Positions 1 through 10,182 of a stretch of 64,000 nt of DNA are shown piece by piece. The translations under genes and the position numbers were made by a program. The notes under the pieces are model-generated. The model did not search any database. It was given only the letters and a program-made list of their open reading frames with translations, and had not been told where the DNA came from. This stretch comes from Gemmatimonadota bacterium (lineage in GTDB: Bacteria > Gemmatimonadota > Gemmatimonadetes > Longimicrobiales > Gaopeijiaceae). The DNA is taken from contig JAXHMG010000003.1 of assembly GCA_034521595.1 (NCBI GenBank), positions 1,280,001-1,344,000 of the forward strand. Reading direction: 5' to 3'. Numbering within the stretch: position 1 is the first letter of the stretch; the number at the start of each line of letters is the position of its first letter.

Positions 1-443
1 TCGTCGGCGAACCAACGGCTCCGCGACAGGGGGAGGTAGAGTGCGGCGTTCCCGCTCTCGCAGTCGGCGCCGGCGTACGACCCGGAGCCGTACCCACCGG
101 TCGTCCATGTGCGACCGTCATAGAACACCTGGGTGCCTCCATTCTGCACCGACCGGAGCTCCCATCCCACGAGGCCACTGACGTTCACGTAATGCGTGAA
201 CGCACAGCGAAACTCGTTGCCCACGCTCTCCACGAGGAGTTGTGCGGCGGCCGGGTCCTCCATGTCACGAGCGATCACCCGCGAGGGTGCCTCTACCTCC
301 AGGAGTTGATCCAGGGCGTCGCAACCGGCCAGCGCCCCGAGGCTCAGGAGTGCCACTCCCACCGCCAACGGCGAGCGGGAGAATCCGCGGGGCCGCGCGT
401 TCTTCGATCGGCGCTTCAGGTCGTCGATACGGTTCTGATCCAT
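1..443 (-). CDS. RagB/SusD-family outer-membrane lipoprotein, N-terminal part (runs off the window start)
   Basis: Not in the ORF track. Manual translation from ATG at 443: MDQNRIDDLKRRSKN...VGVALLSLGALAG-CDALDQLLEVEAPSRV (lipobox LAGC). Lies directly downstream of the SusC-like gene on the same strand. Confidence 0.8.
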   Translation of the reverse strand, partial: MDQNRIDDLKRRSKNARPRGFSRSPLAVGVALLSLGALAGCDALDQLLEVEAPSRVIARDMEDPAAAQLLVESVGNEFRCAFTHYVNVSGLVGWELRSVQNGGTQVFYDGRTWTTGGYGSGSYAGADCESGNAALYLPLSRSRWFAD

Positions 444-457
444 GACTCGTGGCCCCC

Positions 458-3439
458 TCAGAATGTGATGCGGAACGTGAGCGCGAGCGATGTCAGTGGC
501 GGCGTCGCGTCGGTATCTTCCGGCTCCCGGTTCCCTCCGAGCTGATTCGCCGGCGCCCGCGACTCCGGATCCTGGGCCGGATAAGGGAAATACTCCGTCC
601 AGATCATGCCGAGGTTCCGAGCGGCAAGACTCACTCGAGCCGCCCGCGCGCCGATGCGCTCGGCCCAATTCGTCGGAAGGGGAGCGCTCAACGAGACTTC
701 CCGGAAGCGCATGTAGCCCGACGCCGGAGTCCAGAGCTGGAACTCGCCGGATCGACCCAGCTCCGCCGCGCCGAGGATACGGGGGTCGGCGGTCTCGGGA
801 TGCCACAGCTCTTCGGCGATCCCGAGAGCGGCGTAGCGCCACCACATCTGTGTCGAATAGTTCGTCTGACCGAGCTTGAAGTCAGCGAGCATACCGAGCT
901 GGATGCGGTCGCCGAAGGTGAACGTCGACGACACGGATCCTTCCACGCTCGGGTCGGGATGACCCGCGTACAGCCAGGGCGCGTCGCCACAGTCCATGCT
1001 CCCGCCTTGCCCGTCATCGCACAGGATGTTCACCGGGTCCCCGGCGGGGGTGACCTCGGCGGACACCACCCTCGGCGCAAAGAGCGAAGCTGCCGGATAG
1101 CCCTCCTGGTGACGTGTCGTCCAGCCGAGCTCGAGGAAGCTCTCGAGTCCGAGATCTTCGATCCGGTTACGGTTGGTGCCGACGTTGACACCGAGGTCCC
1201 AATCGAACGTAGGGAGATCGAGCGTGCGTGCGTCCAACGACACCTCCACGCCCCGATTCGACAGCCGACCGATGTTCACGAACTGGTCTTCGAAGAATCC
1301 GTCCGACGGTGCGACGTTGCGGGACACGATGGCGTCACGGGTTACCTGATCGTAGAACGTCAGATCGAGCGAGACACGGTCTCCGAACATCGTCGCGTCG
1401 AATCCGGCCTCGATCTCCCGACTCTGCTCCGGCCCCAGATCAGGGTTTCCTGGAGCGTCCGGAAATACCGCGGGTGAGCCGTCAGGCTGAGCGCGCGGGC
1501 TGAAGCTACGGATGGCGTCGAACACGTCCGGCTGCTGGCCGGATTCTCCATACGCCGCACGGAGCCGGAGCGAGCTTACGAAATCGAGCCCCCAGAAGTC
1601 TTCCTCGCTGATGACCCAGGAACCGCTCACCTTGGGATAGTAGACCAGCGAAAACTCCTCTCCGAACGCGCTGTTGTCGTCGGCCCGCACCGCCGCCGTC
1701 AGGAAGATGCGGTTCTCCCAACCCAGCTGCTCCTGGACATAGAGTCCGACCGTGTTGTTTTCGACCACGTCGTCCGATCCGAAGGTGGTCGCCGCGCCTC
1801 CCACGGACTCCACTCCCGGCGCGGGGAACCCTTCACCGATCGCCTGAGTGAGCTCCACGCGCTTCGTGTTCACCTGTAGCCCCGCGGACGTCGTCGAGGA
1901 CACCCGCTCCGAAAGGTCGCGGCTCACGCTCGCCGCATAGTCGAACGAGCTCTGTTGCACGGACTCCTGCCGCACATTCCTCGATCCGCGCGCCACCTGC
2001 TCCGACCAGAACTGCGCCGCGGACGGGCTCAGGTGCGGCGTAAAGGCCGTGTTCTTCTGGTCGGTAAGGTCCAAGCCGAACGTGAGCCGATGATTGAACC
2101 AATCGGTGGGGTCGTACCGGAAAGTCAGGCTCGTCGTCATGCGCGTCGCGTCCTGAACGAACTGCGAACGCTCGTAGAAAGCCTCGGGGGGCGCGATCCA
2201 GAACCCGCGGCGCGGTGTGTCGAGGTGCTCCGGAGAGCCCAGGAACAGAGAGCGGAGCGCGCTCTGACCAGCCCCGCGACCCGGCACCCGGACCTCGTTC
2301 AGCGAGAAGCCCGTGCTGGCTTCGATCGAAATCACCTCAGCGGGCTGTGCGCTCACATTGGCCCTGGCATTGTACCGCTTCTGCCAGCTGTCCGGAGTGG
2401 CTCCATCCTCGCTCTGGCCGGAGCCGGACACGAAATACCGCATGGTCTCCGAGCCACCGCTCACGCTGAGCGAGTAGTCTTGGATCCGACCATAGCTGAA
2501 GATGTCGTTGCCCCGCTCTTTCTCGCGCTCCACGAGGTTCAGGCCTTCGGGCTCTCCGGTGCTGGGGTTGATCCCCCAGTTGATCGGGACCTTACCCGCC
2601 GGATCGTGGAGCCAGTTCGCACCCTGGCGCGTGGAGAGCGTCCACTCGGCCGGTTGATCGAAGGAGCCTCGCTTGGTGATGATGTGAATGACGCCGTTGG
2701 AGGCTTCCGTCCCGTACAACGTCGCCGCCGCCGGCCCTTTGATCACCTCCACGCTCTCGATCTCGTCGGGGCTGAAGTCGTCGATGCGGGATACCGCACC
2801 GGCGGACGATCCGCCCTGAGGCGTGGACATGCGGTTATTCACCCGCACGCCGTCGACGTACAGCAGAGGCTGGTTGTCCCCGGACATGCTCGACTGGCCC
2901 CGGATCCGCACCACGGACGCCGTGCCGGGCGAGCCGTTCCCCTGGTTCACGACCACGCCCGACTCGCGACCTCGCAGCAGATTGGAGATGTTGTCGATCG
3001 GTGCGACCTCGGCTACGGAGCCGTCGATGTTTCCGACTACGTTGCCGATGGCACGGCGCTGCTGGCCGCCTGCGGTCCCCGTGACGACCAGCTCGTCGAG
3101 TCCGAGCGCCTCCGTACGGAGCTGGAAGTTCACCTCCGCCGTCTCGTCGGCAGCCACGGTGAGGACGCGCTCCTGCGAGCTGTACCCGATGCTCTGCACC
3201 TGGACGGTCACCTCACCCGGAGCGACTCCGGTCAGCAGGTACCGTCCGGAATTGTTGGTGAGCCCACCTATACCCGTGCCCACGACGGACACCTGTGCAC
3301 CGGCGATGGGGGTCCGCGTGCCGCTCTCGACGACCTCACCCGTGATCGTGGCCTGCTGGGCGGAGAGAGCGGGCGGAAGAAAGACGAGGGATCCGAGGGC
3401 GACGAGCAGCCCGGTCCCGGCGAACCTGCGAGCATCCAT
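458..3439 (-). CDS. SusC/RagA-family TonB-dependent outer-membrane transporter
   Basis: Start at MDARRFAG (GGAGG upstream). Signal peptide, N-terminal carboxypeptidase-regulatory-like domain, plug motifs PLLYVDGV and IESVEVIKGPAAATLYGTEASNGVI, C-terminal F. Confidence 0.93.
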   Translation of the reverse strand: MDARRFAGTGLLVALGSLVFLPPALSAQQATITGEVVESGTRTPIAGAQVSVVGTGIGGLTNNSGRYLLTGVAPGEVTVQVQSIGYSSQERVLTVAADETAEVNFQLRTEALGLDELVVTGTAGGQQRRAIGNVVGNIDGSVAEVAPIDNISNLLRGRESGVVVNQGNGSPGTASVVRIRGQSSMSGDNQPLLYVDGVRVNNRMSTPQGGSSAGAVSRIDDFSPDEIESVEVIKGPAAATLYGTEASNGVIHIITKRGSFDQPAEWTLSTRQGANWLHDPAGKVPINWGINPSTGEPEGLNLVEREKERGNDIFSYGRIQDYSLSVSGGSETMRYFVSGSGQSEDGATPDSWQKRYNARANVSAQPAEVISIEASTGFSLNEVRVPGRGAGQSALRSLFLGSPEHLDTPRRGFWIAPPEAFYERSQFVQDATRMTTSLTFRYDPTDWFNHRLTFGLDLTDQKNTAFTPHLSPSAAQFWSEQVARGSRNVRQESVQQSSFDYAASVSRDLSERVSSTTSAGLQVNTKRVELTQAIGEGFPAPGVESVGGAATTFGSDDVVENNTVGLYVQEQLGWENRIFLTAAVRADDNSAFGEEFSLVYYPKVSGSWVISEEDFWGLDFVSSLRLRAAYGESGQQPDVFDAIRSFSPRAQPDGSPAVFPDAPGNPDLGPEQSREIEAGFDATMFGDRVSLDLTFYDQVTRDAIVSRNVAPSDGFFEDQFVNIGRLSNRGVEVSLDARTLDLPTFDWDLGVNVGTNRNRIEDLGLESFLELGWTTRHQEGYPAASLFAPRVVSAEVTPAGDPVNILCDDGQGGSMDCGDAPWLYAGHPDPSVEGSVSSTFTFGDRIQLGMLADFKLGQTNYSTQMWWRYAALGIAEELWHPETADPRILGAAELGRSGEFQLWTPASGYMRFREVSLSAPLPTNWAERIGARAARVSLAARNLGMIWTEYFPYPAQDPESRAPANQLGGNREPEDTDATPPLTSLALTFRITF

Positions 3440-3772
3440 GGGGAGCCTCCGCGAAACGGTCCGTGTTGTACCGGCCGCGCCGATGAGCGGCCCTCGACCG
3501 GCTCGGCATCGGTAACACCCGAAGGTGCCCGCCGCAAGACTGCGCAAAACGAGGCTCAGCCTGCTGGCGGTCACGGGTGCTTCTCGACTCCGCCTGGATT
3601 GCGAGGGATAGCCGAACGTGCGTCCTCTCGGGTTACGAGGGGACATCCGCTGTCCCTCCTCCCTACCGGATCTCTCTTTCGCGCCCTAGAATGCCCGCCC
3701 GGCCGACGGACGAGCCAGCGCAGCCAACCGTCCCGCGCCCTCCATGACCCACCCAAACACACGAGCCCCGTC

Positions 3773-4252
3773 ATGACCCGACTTCTCCGCCCCACCGTTT
3801 TCGCCGCCGCGATGCTGTTACTGACCGCGCCAGGAGCTGACGGTCAGCTTCTCGACAAGCAGGTGGTGAGCCTCGACGCGGCCCGCACCATGATGGCCGC
3901 GGCGGAAGCGGAGGCGAACCGGAACGACTGGCCCGTGGCGATCGCCATCGTGGACGCGGCCGGCGAGTTGATCCTTTTTCAAAAGCTCGACGGCACCCAG
4001 GCGGCGAGCATCGACATCGCCATCGACAAGGCCCGGACCGCGGCCCGCCTGAAGCGGCCGACCAAGGCGCTCGAAGACGCGATCTCTTCCGGACGGACCG
4101 CGCTGGCGGCGGTCGACGGCATTCTTCCGCTCCAGGGCGGCGTGCCGATCACGGTCGGCGGCGAGGTGATCGGCGCGGTGGGCGTGAGCGGGGTCACGTC
4201 TCAGCAGGACGAGCAGGTCGCGGAAGCGGGCGTGGAGGCGCTGGGCGGGTAG
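3773..4252 (+). CDS. GlcG/HbpS-family heme-binding protein with signal peptide
   Basis: C-terminal part of ORF 1955..4252 from MTRLLRPT. Motifs VAIAIVDAAG, AIDKARTA, GGVPI..GEVIGAVGVSG..SQQDEQVA. Confidence 0.88.
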   Translation: MTRLLRPTVFAAAMLLLTAPGADGQLLDKQVVSLDAARTMMAAAEAEANRNDWPVAIAIVDAAGELILFQKLDGTQAASIDIAIDKARTAARLKRPTKALEDAISSGRTALAAVDGILPLQGGVPITVGGEVIGAVGVSGVTSQQDEQVAEAGVEALGG

Positions 4253-4416
4253 AGGCCGACGACCACGGCGCCGATCCGCCCGTGCACGGCTCCAACGCTC
4301 ACCTCCCCGCCGACACATTTGGCAGCGCGCGCACGTATTAGCGGTCCACAGCGTGACGACGATGGGCCAGACCCGACGCCTCCTCACCGGCCGCCGCCCA
4401 ACAAAAAGACGAAGCC

Positions 4417-4746
4417 GTGCGAGGATACGTCGGCGGTGAAATCCTCATCGCCACGCCGGTCGGAGAGTTCGCGGAGAACGTGGGCACCGGATTCGGGGTC
4501 GGCCTGTTCGGCCGCTACACGCTCGACGATCGGCAGATCGTGAGTCTCCGCGCCGACGTAGGCTTCCTCAATATTACGGGCGCGAGACGATCCGGTGAAG
4601 CGGAGTACCTGCGGAAGGGCGATATCGAGGACCTGCCCGACGGGTCGGTGGTCCTCAACCCGCGCCGGAGCGAGACGAATTTCTGGACCTTCCGGGTCGG
4701 GGTATCGGTCGGGCTGCCACGAGGACGAGATCGGCGGAGGCGGTAG
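4417..4746 (+). pseudogene. Outer-membrane beta-barrel-like gene remnant, probably internally deleted
   Basis: Amphipathic strands (GTGFGVGLFGRYTL, SLRADVGFL, FWTFRVGVSVG) but only 109 aa and no signal peptide. Confidence 0.45.
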
Positions 4747-4762
4747 AGCCCGGGCACGACGC

Positions 4763-5785
4763 TCACCCCGCATTCGCCCGTGGGGGCAGCCGGAGGACGT
4801 CACTCCCCGTCGTCGCCACGACCGCTCCCAACATGCCCGCGTCGTCTCTCGTGATCACCTTCACGGGCACGCGCCGGAGCCACTCCGCCATCCGTCCCTT
4901 GCCGAGAAACGCGTCGAGGAAGGCCCCCTCCTTCAGCTTTTCGCGGATCCGAAAGGTGACGCCTCCCGCGAGGTATACACCGGCCGTCGCGCCCACCGAA
5001 AGCGCCACGTCTCCCGCCCGGGCGCCGAAGAGAGCCGCGAAGCTGTCCAATGCCCATACGCATGCGGGATCCGCATCCGCGAGCGCCCGCTCCACGATCA
5101 CGGCCGCCGGATCCGAGTTCCTCATCGCCGCACGGGTCGTCGGATCCTCCGTGAGATTCCCCGGCCCGATCACATAGTCGTACGCCGCCCGAAGCCCGGC
5201 CCCAGAGAGGACCCGCTCCCAGGACACGTGACTACCATGGCGCTCGGCCAGGAAACTCCGTAGCGCCCACTCTCCCTCGGTCCGCGGGGCGAAGCCGGCA
5301 TGTCCCCCTTCGGTCGGGTGTACCGTCACTCCGGACCCCGAAGCGCGCGGAAAGACCAAAGCCTGGCCGAGGCCCGTGCCGGCTCCCAACACCGCGGCCA
5401 CACCCGAAGCGTGGTTCGCTCCCGCTTGGACGACGGTCACGTCGTCGCCGCCCAGAAACGGAACCACGTGGGCGAGCGCGGCGAAATCGTTCATCACCCG
5501 CACGTCGTCCGTTCCGACCCACTCCGCCAGGTCGCTCTCACACACCCGCCATCCGAGATTGGTGAGCCGCCCCGCCCCGTCGAACACCGGTCCCGCCACG
5601 GCGAGCGCGGCCCGGTCGATGCCCTCGTCGATCACACCGAGGAATCGTCCCAGGGCTTCCTCGACCGATGCCATCTCGCCGCTCGCATAGGTCCTCTGCG
5701 TCTTCGAGCGCAACTCGTGGTCGCGGAGCTCGAAGCACGCGAACCGAGCGTTGGTTCCCCCGATGTCGGCCGCGAGGATGTTCAT
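4763..5785 (-). CDS. glk: Glucokinase
   Basis: Start MNILAADIGGTNARFA. Motifs MNDFAA, GAGTGLG, EGGH, ERVLSGAGL, GVYLAGG. Confidence 0.93.
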   Translation of the reverse strand: MNILAADIGGTNARFACFELRDHELRSKTQRTYASGEMASVEEALGRFLGVIDEGIDRAALAVAGPVFDGAGRLTNLGWRVCESDLAEWVGTDDVRVMNDFAALAHVVPFLGGDDVTVVQAGANHASGVAAVLGAGTGLGQALVFPRASGSGVTVHPTEGGHAGFAPRTEGEWALRSFLAERHGSHVSWERVLSGAGLRAAYDYVIGPGNLTEDPTTRAAMRNSDPAAVIVERALADADPACVWALDSFAALFGARAGDVALSVGATAGVYLAGGVTFRIREKLKEGAFLDAFLGKGRMAEWLRRVPVKVITRDDAGMLGAVVATTGSDVLRLPPRANAG

Positions 5786-5958
5786 GGCGTCTCCCTGTCT
5801 CCAAACGGGCACACGAGCACCTCGACCGGGCTCGCCGCCGGGTGCCATATGGGCACGTTCCCATTATGCCTTACCTTGATCTTAACTCCGTGCCGGGTCG
5901 ACGTCTCGCGTCGACCGGATGCGGCAAGCGTCAATCCTCCTGGAGGGAGCCCAACACG

Positions 5959-7761
5959 GTGTCCGGTCTCGAACTCGGTCTCATCGGAAACGGAACGGTC
6001 ACCGGCCTGCTGAACGCGCAAGGCGCGCTCGTGTGGTTCTGCAATCCCAGGTTCGACGGCGACCCCGTGTTCTGCAGCCTGCTCCGAGGTGACCCCGACC
6101 ACCCCGAGCCTGACGGCACCTTCGGCATCGAGCTCGACGATCTCGAGGCGAGCGAGCAGAGCTACCTTCCGAACACGGCGATTCTCCGCACGGTGCAGCG
6201 GAGCCGCAGTGGGGCCGAGCTGGAGATTCTCGACTTTTGCCCGCGGTTCAAGCACTACCGGCGGACCTTTCGCCCCAACACGGTCGTGCGCTTGGTACGG
6301 CCGCTCGCGGGCGATCCCCGCGTCCGCATCCGAACGCGCCCCATGAGCAACTACGGCGCCGACCGCTGCGAGACGACGCACGGATCCAACCACATCCGGT
6401 TTCTCGGATCGCCCGGCGGCATCCTACGCATGACGACGAACGCGCCGATCACGGCGCTGATCGAGGAGCGTCCCTTCGTCCTGACCCACGAGGTCGCGAT
6501 GGTGCTCGGCGAGGACCGTCCTCTCCCGGACGCTCCCCTGGAAGTCGCGCAGAGATACCTGCACGAGACCACGGACCACTGGCACGCGAGCGTGCGTACG
6601 TTGTCCATTCCGTTCGAATGGCAAGACGCCGTCATTCGGGCGGCGATCACCCTGAAGCTTTCGGTCTTCGAGGACACCGGCGCCATCATCGCGGCGCCGA
6701 CCACGTCCATTCCGGAGGCCGCCGGGACCAGCCGGAACTGGGACTACCGTTACTGTTGGCTGCGCGACGGCTACTTCGTCGTCCGAGCGCTCAACCGCCT
6801 GAGCGCCACGGCGGCCATGGAGGAGCTCCTCGGGTTCATCACGAACGTGCTCGCGGGGATCCGCAACGGAGCGGACCGGGGATTGCAGCCCGTTTACGGG
6901 ATCAACTGGGAAGCCAACCTGGACGAGCGCGACGTCTCGACCCTTCCGGGCTTCCGTGGCATGGGGCCCGTTCGGGTCGGAAACGCCGCCTACCGACAGG
7001 TCCAGCACGACATCTACGGGGGCGTGGTCCTGGCCCTCTCGCAGCTCGTGTTCGACACCCGGATCCTGAGCACGCACACCGACGCGCTGCTTCCGCGGCT
7101 CGAGCACGCAGGGCGCCTCGCGGTGGAAACGTTCGGTCAACCGGACGCCGGAATCTGGGAGCTGAGGGGAAGTGCCCGCGTGCACACCTCCTCCAGCCTG
7201 ATGTGCTGGGCCGCCTGCGACCGGCTGGCGCGGATCGCGCACCACATCGGCGATGCGGAACGCGCCCGGCACTGGCGCGCCGAGGCCGACCGGATGCACG
7301 AGACCCTGGCCCGGGAAGCGTGGTCCGAAGAGAAGCAAAGCTTCACCGCCACGTTCAACGGGGAGACGCTCGACGCGAGCCTCTTGCTCATGTTCGAGCT
7401 GGGGTTTCTGCCGCCCGAGCATCCCAAGATGCTCGGAACGCTGGCCGCCGTCGAACGGGAGCTGGTCAAGGACGGATTCGTGTATCGCTACACGGAGGCG
7501 GACGATTTCGGGGAGCCGGAGAACGCGTTCCTGTTGTGCGCGTTCTGGCTGGTCGACGCCCTCGCCGCGGTCGGGCGCGAAGACGAAGCGAGGGAGATGT
7601 TCGAAGGCTTGCTGGAACGGCGGAACAGCCTCGGGCTCATGGCCGAGCACATCGATCCGCGCACCGGAGAGCTGTGGGGCAACTTCCCCCAGACCTATTC
7701 GATGGCGGGGATCATCAACTGCGCCCAGCGGCTCTCGAAGCGGTGGGAAGACGCCTTCTGA
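5959..7761 (+). CDS. Glycoside hydrolase family 15 (trehalase/glucoamylase-like)
   Basis: GTG start after GGAGG. Motifs IIAAPTTSIPE..RNWDYRYCWLRD, QHDIYG, AGIWELRG, GNFPQTYS. Confidence 0.92.
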   Translation: MSGLELGLIGNGTVTGLLNAQGALVWFCNPRFDGDPVFCSLLRGDPDHPEPDGTFGIELDDLEASEQSYLPNTAILRTVQRSRSGAELEILDFCPRFKHYRRTFRPNTVVRLVRPLAGDPRVRIRTRPMSNYGADRCETTHGSNHIRFLGSPGGILRMTTNAPITALIEERPFVLTHEVAMVLGEDRPLPDAPLEVAQRYLHETTDHWHASVRTLSIPFEWQDAVIRAAITLKLSVFEDTGAIIAAPTTSIPEAAGTSRNWDYRYCWLRDGYFVVRALNRLSATAAMEELLGFITNVLAGIRNGADRGLQPVYGINWEANLDERDVSTLPGFRGMGPVRVGNAAYRQVQHDIYGGVVLALSQLVFDTRILSTHTDALLPRLEHAGRLAVETFGQPDAGIWELRGSARVHTSSSLMCWAACDRLARIAHHIGDAERARHWRAEADRMHETLAREAWSEEKQSFTATFNGETLDASLLLMFELGFLPPEHPKMLGTLAAVERELVKDGFVYRYTEADDFGEPENAFLLCAFWLVDALAAVGREDEAREMFEGLLERRNSLGLMAEHIDPRTGELWGNFPQTYSMAGIINCAQRLSKRWEDAF

Positions 7762-7782
7762 GCCCGACCGCCAGCAGCTCCG

Positions 7783-10182
7783 TCAGAGGTCGAATTCCAA
7801 AGTGGCTCCCGGCCCGAGAACGCCCCGCTGATCCCCGCAAGCCACCTCGACACTCCCGTCATGACCGGGGAGGCCGGTGACGGTGAGCCGCTCGCGGGTC
7901 ACGTCGATCTTCATCCAGACGTTCCGGTACTCCAGCTTGAGCGCCACGCACGTCAGCTCCGCCGGGAGGCTAGGGTTCACGTGGAGCACATCCCCGCGAA
8001 GCTCCAGCCCCGCGTAGCCACGCTGCAACAAATCCACGGTGCCGGCCATCGCTCCCAGGTGGATCCCTTCCGGCGTCGTTCCCCCCTGGACGTCATGCAC
8101 GTCGCTCTCCACCGCCCGATGGAAGAACCGCCACGAGCCCTCCCGGTCCCTGCGCGCCAGAACCCAGGAGTGCACCACGGCGCTGAGGGTGGAGCCGTGT
8201 GAGGTCCGGTGGAGGTAGTGCTCCACCATCTTCGGAATCACCTCGGGGTCCCACGCGTAACCGAGCCGGTCGAAAAGGGCCACCAGCTCCCCGGCCGAGA
8301 GCAGAAAGAGGAGCATGAGCGCGTCGGCCTGCTTGCAGGCCTTGTAGCGGTTCGGAGTGTCGCCTTCCGCCTTCAGGATCCGATCGAGGCGATGGATGTC
8401 CCCGTACTCCTTCCGATAATGCGCCCAGTCGAGCTCTTCGAGCTCTTCCCACCCCTCGAACTGGCTGATGATGCCGTCGTCGTGAAAAGGGACGAACATC
8501 CTCTTGCTGATCTCCGCCCACCGGTCGAGCTCCGCGCGATCGAGGGACATCTCCTCCTGGAGCTCGTGGCGGCGCTGTTCCGGAAGAGCTTCGAGCGCAT
8601 CCAGCCCCCGACAAAGCGTCCACACCGCCATGACGTTCGTGTAGGCATTGTTGCTCAGTCCGGGCTCGTCGGCGTCCGGGTATCCGTCGTGAAACTCGTC
8701 CGGGCCCAGGACGCCGTGGATCCCGTACCGGTCCCGGGTCGCGTCGTACTCGGCGATGCTCGCCCAGAACCGCGCCGTCTCGAGGATGAGCTCCGCCCCG
8801 TACGTGTCGAAGAACTCCCGGTCACCGGTCGCCTGATGGTACAGCCAAACGTTGTACGGAATCGCCGCGTTGACGTGGCGCTGCCGGCGGCTGTTGTCCG
8901 GGTGCCATCGCCCCGAGCTCGGGTTGAGGTGCAAGCGCTGCGTCTCTTCCTCTCCGTTGCTCCCGCTCTGCCACGGAAACATAGCCCCCCGGTATCCAGC
9001 TTCCCGGGCGGCCCGGCGGGCCTCGGGGAGACGCCTGTGACGGTACATCAGCAGGGCCCGGGTCGCTTCCGGGAACCGGAAGACGAGGGTCGGGAAGATG
9101 AAGAGCTCGTCCCAGAACACGTGCCCCCGGTACGCCTCGCCGGTCCACCCCCGCGCCGGCACGCCCACGTCCATCTCCGTGGTATGCGTCGACACCGTCT
9201 GCAGAAGGTGGAACGTGTAGAGACGCACCACCCGGGTGGTGCCTTCACGACCCTCCACCTCGATCTCGCACCGCTCCCAGACGTGCTTCCACGCCAGCAC
9301 GTGGGCGGCGAGGATCTCTTCGAAGCCTCCGACTCCCACCAGGAAGCGGGGGGCCTCGTATGCGCTCTCGGAGATCGCGCGGTCCTGCGAGGTGAAGAGG
9401 CTCGCGACCTTCTCCACCCTGTAGGCGACGCCCTCCCGTACGTCGACGACCGCTCGCTCGGCGATCCGGTCGTCTTCCTGCTCGAGCGAACGCTCCCCGT
9501 CGAGTCGGCGCTCGCCCTCGAAGCACTGCGTGCGCGCCGCTTCGGCGATGGAGATTCGAGACTGGATGGTGCGGGCCACGAGCATGACGGTCTCGGGGTC
9601 CACCTGCTCCGTGAGCACCGGCTCCAGATGCCGGGATTCGAGGTCGCGGTAGCGCGCGACCAAGCTGTTCTCGACACGCCCGTCGAGCCCCGAGCGGATC
9701 TCGAGCTCTCCCGACCAGTTGACCGGCGTGACGGTCAGCTCGAGCGCAGCCAGATGCGGGGAGGCCATGCTCACGAGCCGCCTTTCCGTGAGCCGGCTCT
9801 CCCGGCCCTCGCCGTCACGGAGGAGCATGTTCCGCGTCAGGATCCCTTGTCGCAGATCCAACGTCTGGGTGTACTCCAGCACCGCCATCGACCGCGGATC
9901 GAGCGCGTCGCCGTCCTCGATCCCGAGCGTCAGCCACAGCCAGTTCGGCAAGTTGACGAGGCTCTCGTTCTCCACCGCGGTCCCTTCGATCGTCGTCGTC
10001 TGCCGGTCGTAGAGCCCGGCCCGGTACGTGCCCGGGTAGTGGACCTCGTCGGCATGGGCGCCCGGAAGCGCTCCCCGGGTCGAGAAGTACCCGTTGCCCA
10101 ACGTGCACAGCGCTTCACGGTGCTTTTCGTCCTCCGGCTCGAACCCCTCGTAGACGAACGTCCAATTACGCGCTGTGCTCAT
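7783..10182 (-). CDS. Glycoside hydrolase family 65 (trehalose/maltose phosphorylase-like)
   Basis: Motifs EALCTLGNGYFSTRG, GEAYRGHVFWDE, GPDEFH, KQAD, HGSTLS. Confidence 0.93.
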   Translation of the reverse strand: MSTARNWTFVYEGFEPEDEKHREALCTLGNGYFSTRGALPGAHADEVHYPGTYRAGLYDRQTTTIEGTAVENESLVNLPNWLWLTLGIEDGDALDPRSMAVLEYTQTLDLRQGILTRNMLLRDGEGRESRLTERRLVSMASPHLAALELTVTPVNWSGELEIRSGLDGRVENSLVARYRDLESRHLEPVLTEQVDPETVMLVARTIQSRISIAEAARTQCFEGERRLDGERSLEQEDDRIAERAVVDVREGVAYRVEKVASLFTSQDRAISESAYEAPRFLVGVGGFEEILAAHVLAWKHVWERCEIEVEGREGTTRVVRLYTFHLLQTVSTHTTEMDVGVPARGWTGEAYRGHVFWDELFIFPTLVFRFPEATRALLMYRHRRLPEARRAAREAGYRGAMFPWQSGSNGEEETQRLHLNPSSGRWHPDNSRRQRHVNAAIPYNVWLYHQATGDREFFDTYGAELILETARFWASIAEYDATRDRYGIHGVLGPDEFHDGYPDADEPGLSNNAYTNVMAVWTLCRGLDALEALPEQRRHELQEEMSLDRAELDRWAEISKRMFVPFHDDGIISQFEGWEELEELDWAHYRKEYGDIHRLDRILKAEGDTPNRYKACKQADALMLLFLLSAGELVALFDRLGYAWDPEVIPKMVEHYLHRTSHGSTLSAVVHSWVLARRDREGSWRFFHRAVESDVHDVQGGTTPEGIHLGAMAGTVDLLQRGYAGLELRGDVLHVNPSLPAELTCVALKLEYRNVWMKIDVTRERLTVTGLPGHDGSVEVACGDQRGVLGPGATLEFDL

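Noticed and set aside
1955-3772. Long N-terminal extension of the 765-aa ORF ending at 4252
   Set aside because: Antisense shadow of susC. Only the last 159 aa are the GlcG-like gene.
3440-3772. Possible riboswitch upstream of susC
   Set aside because: Small hairpins only. No cobalamin, TPP or glycine consensus recognised.
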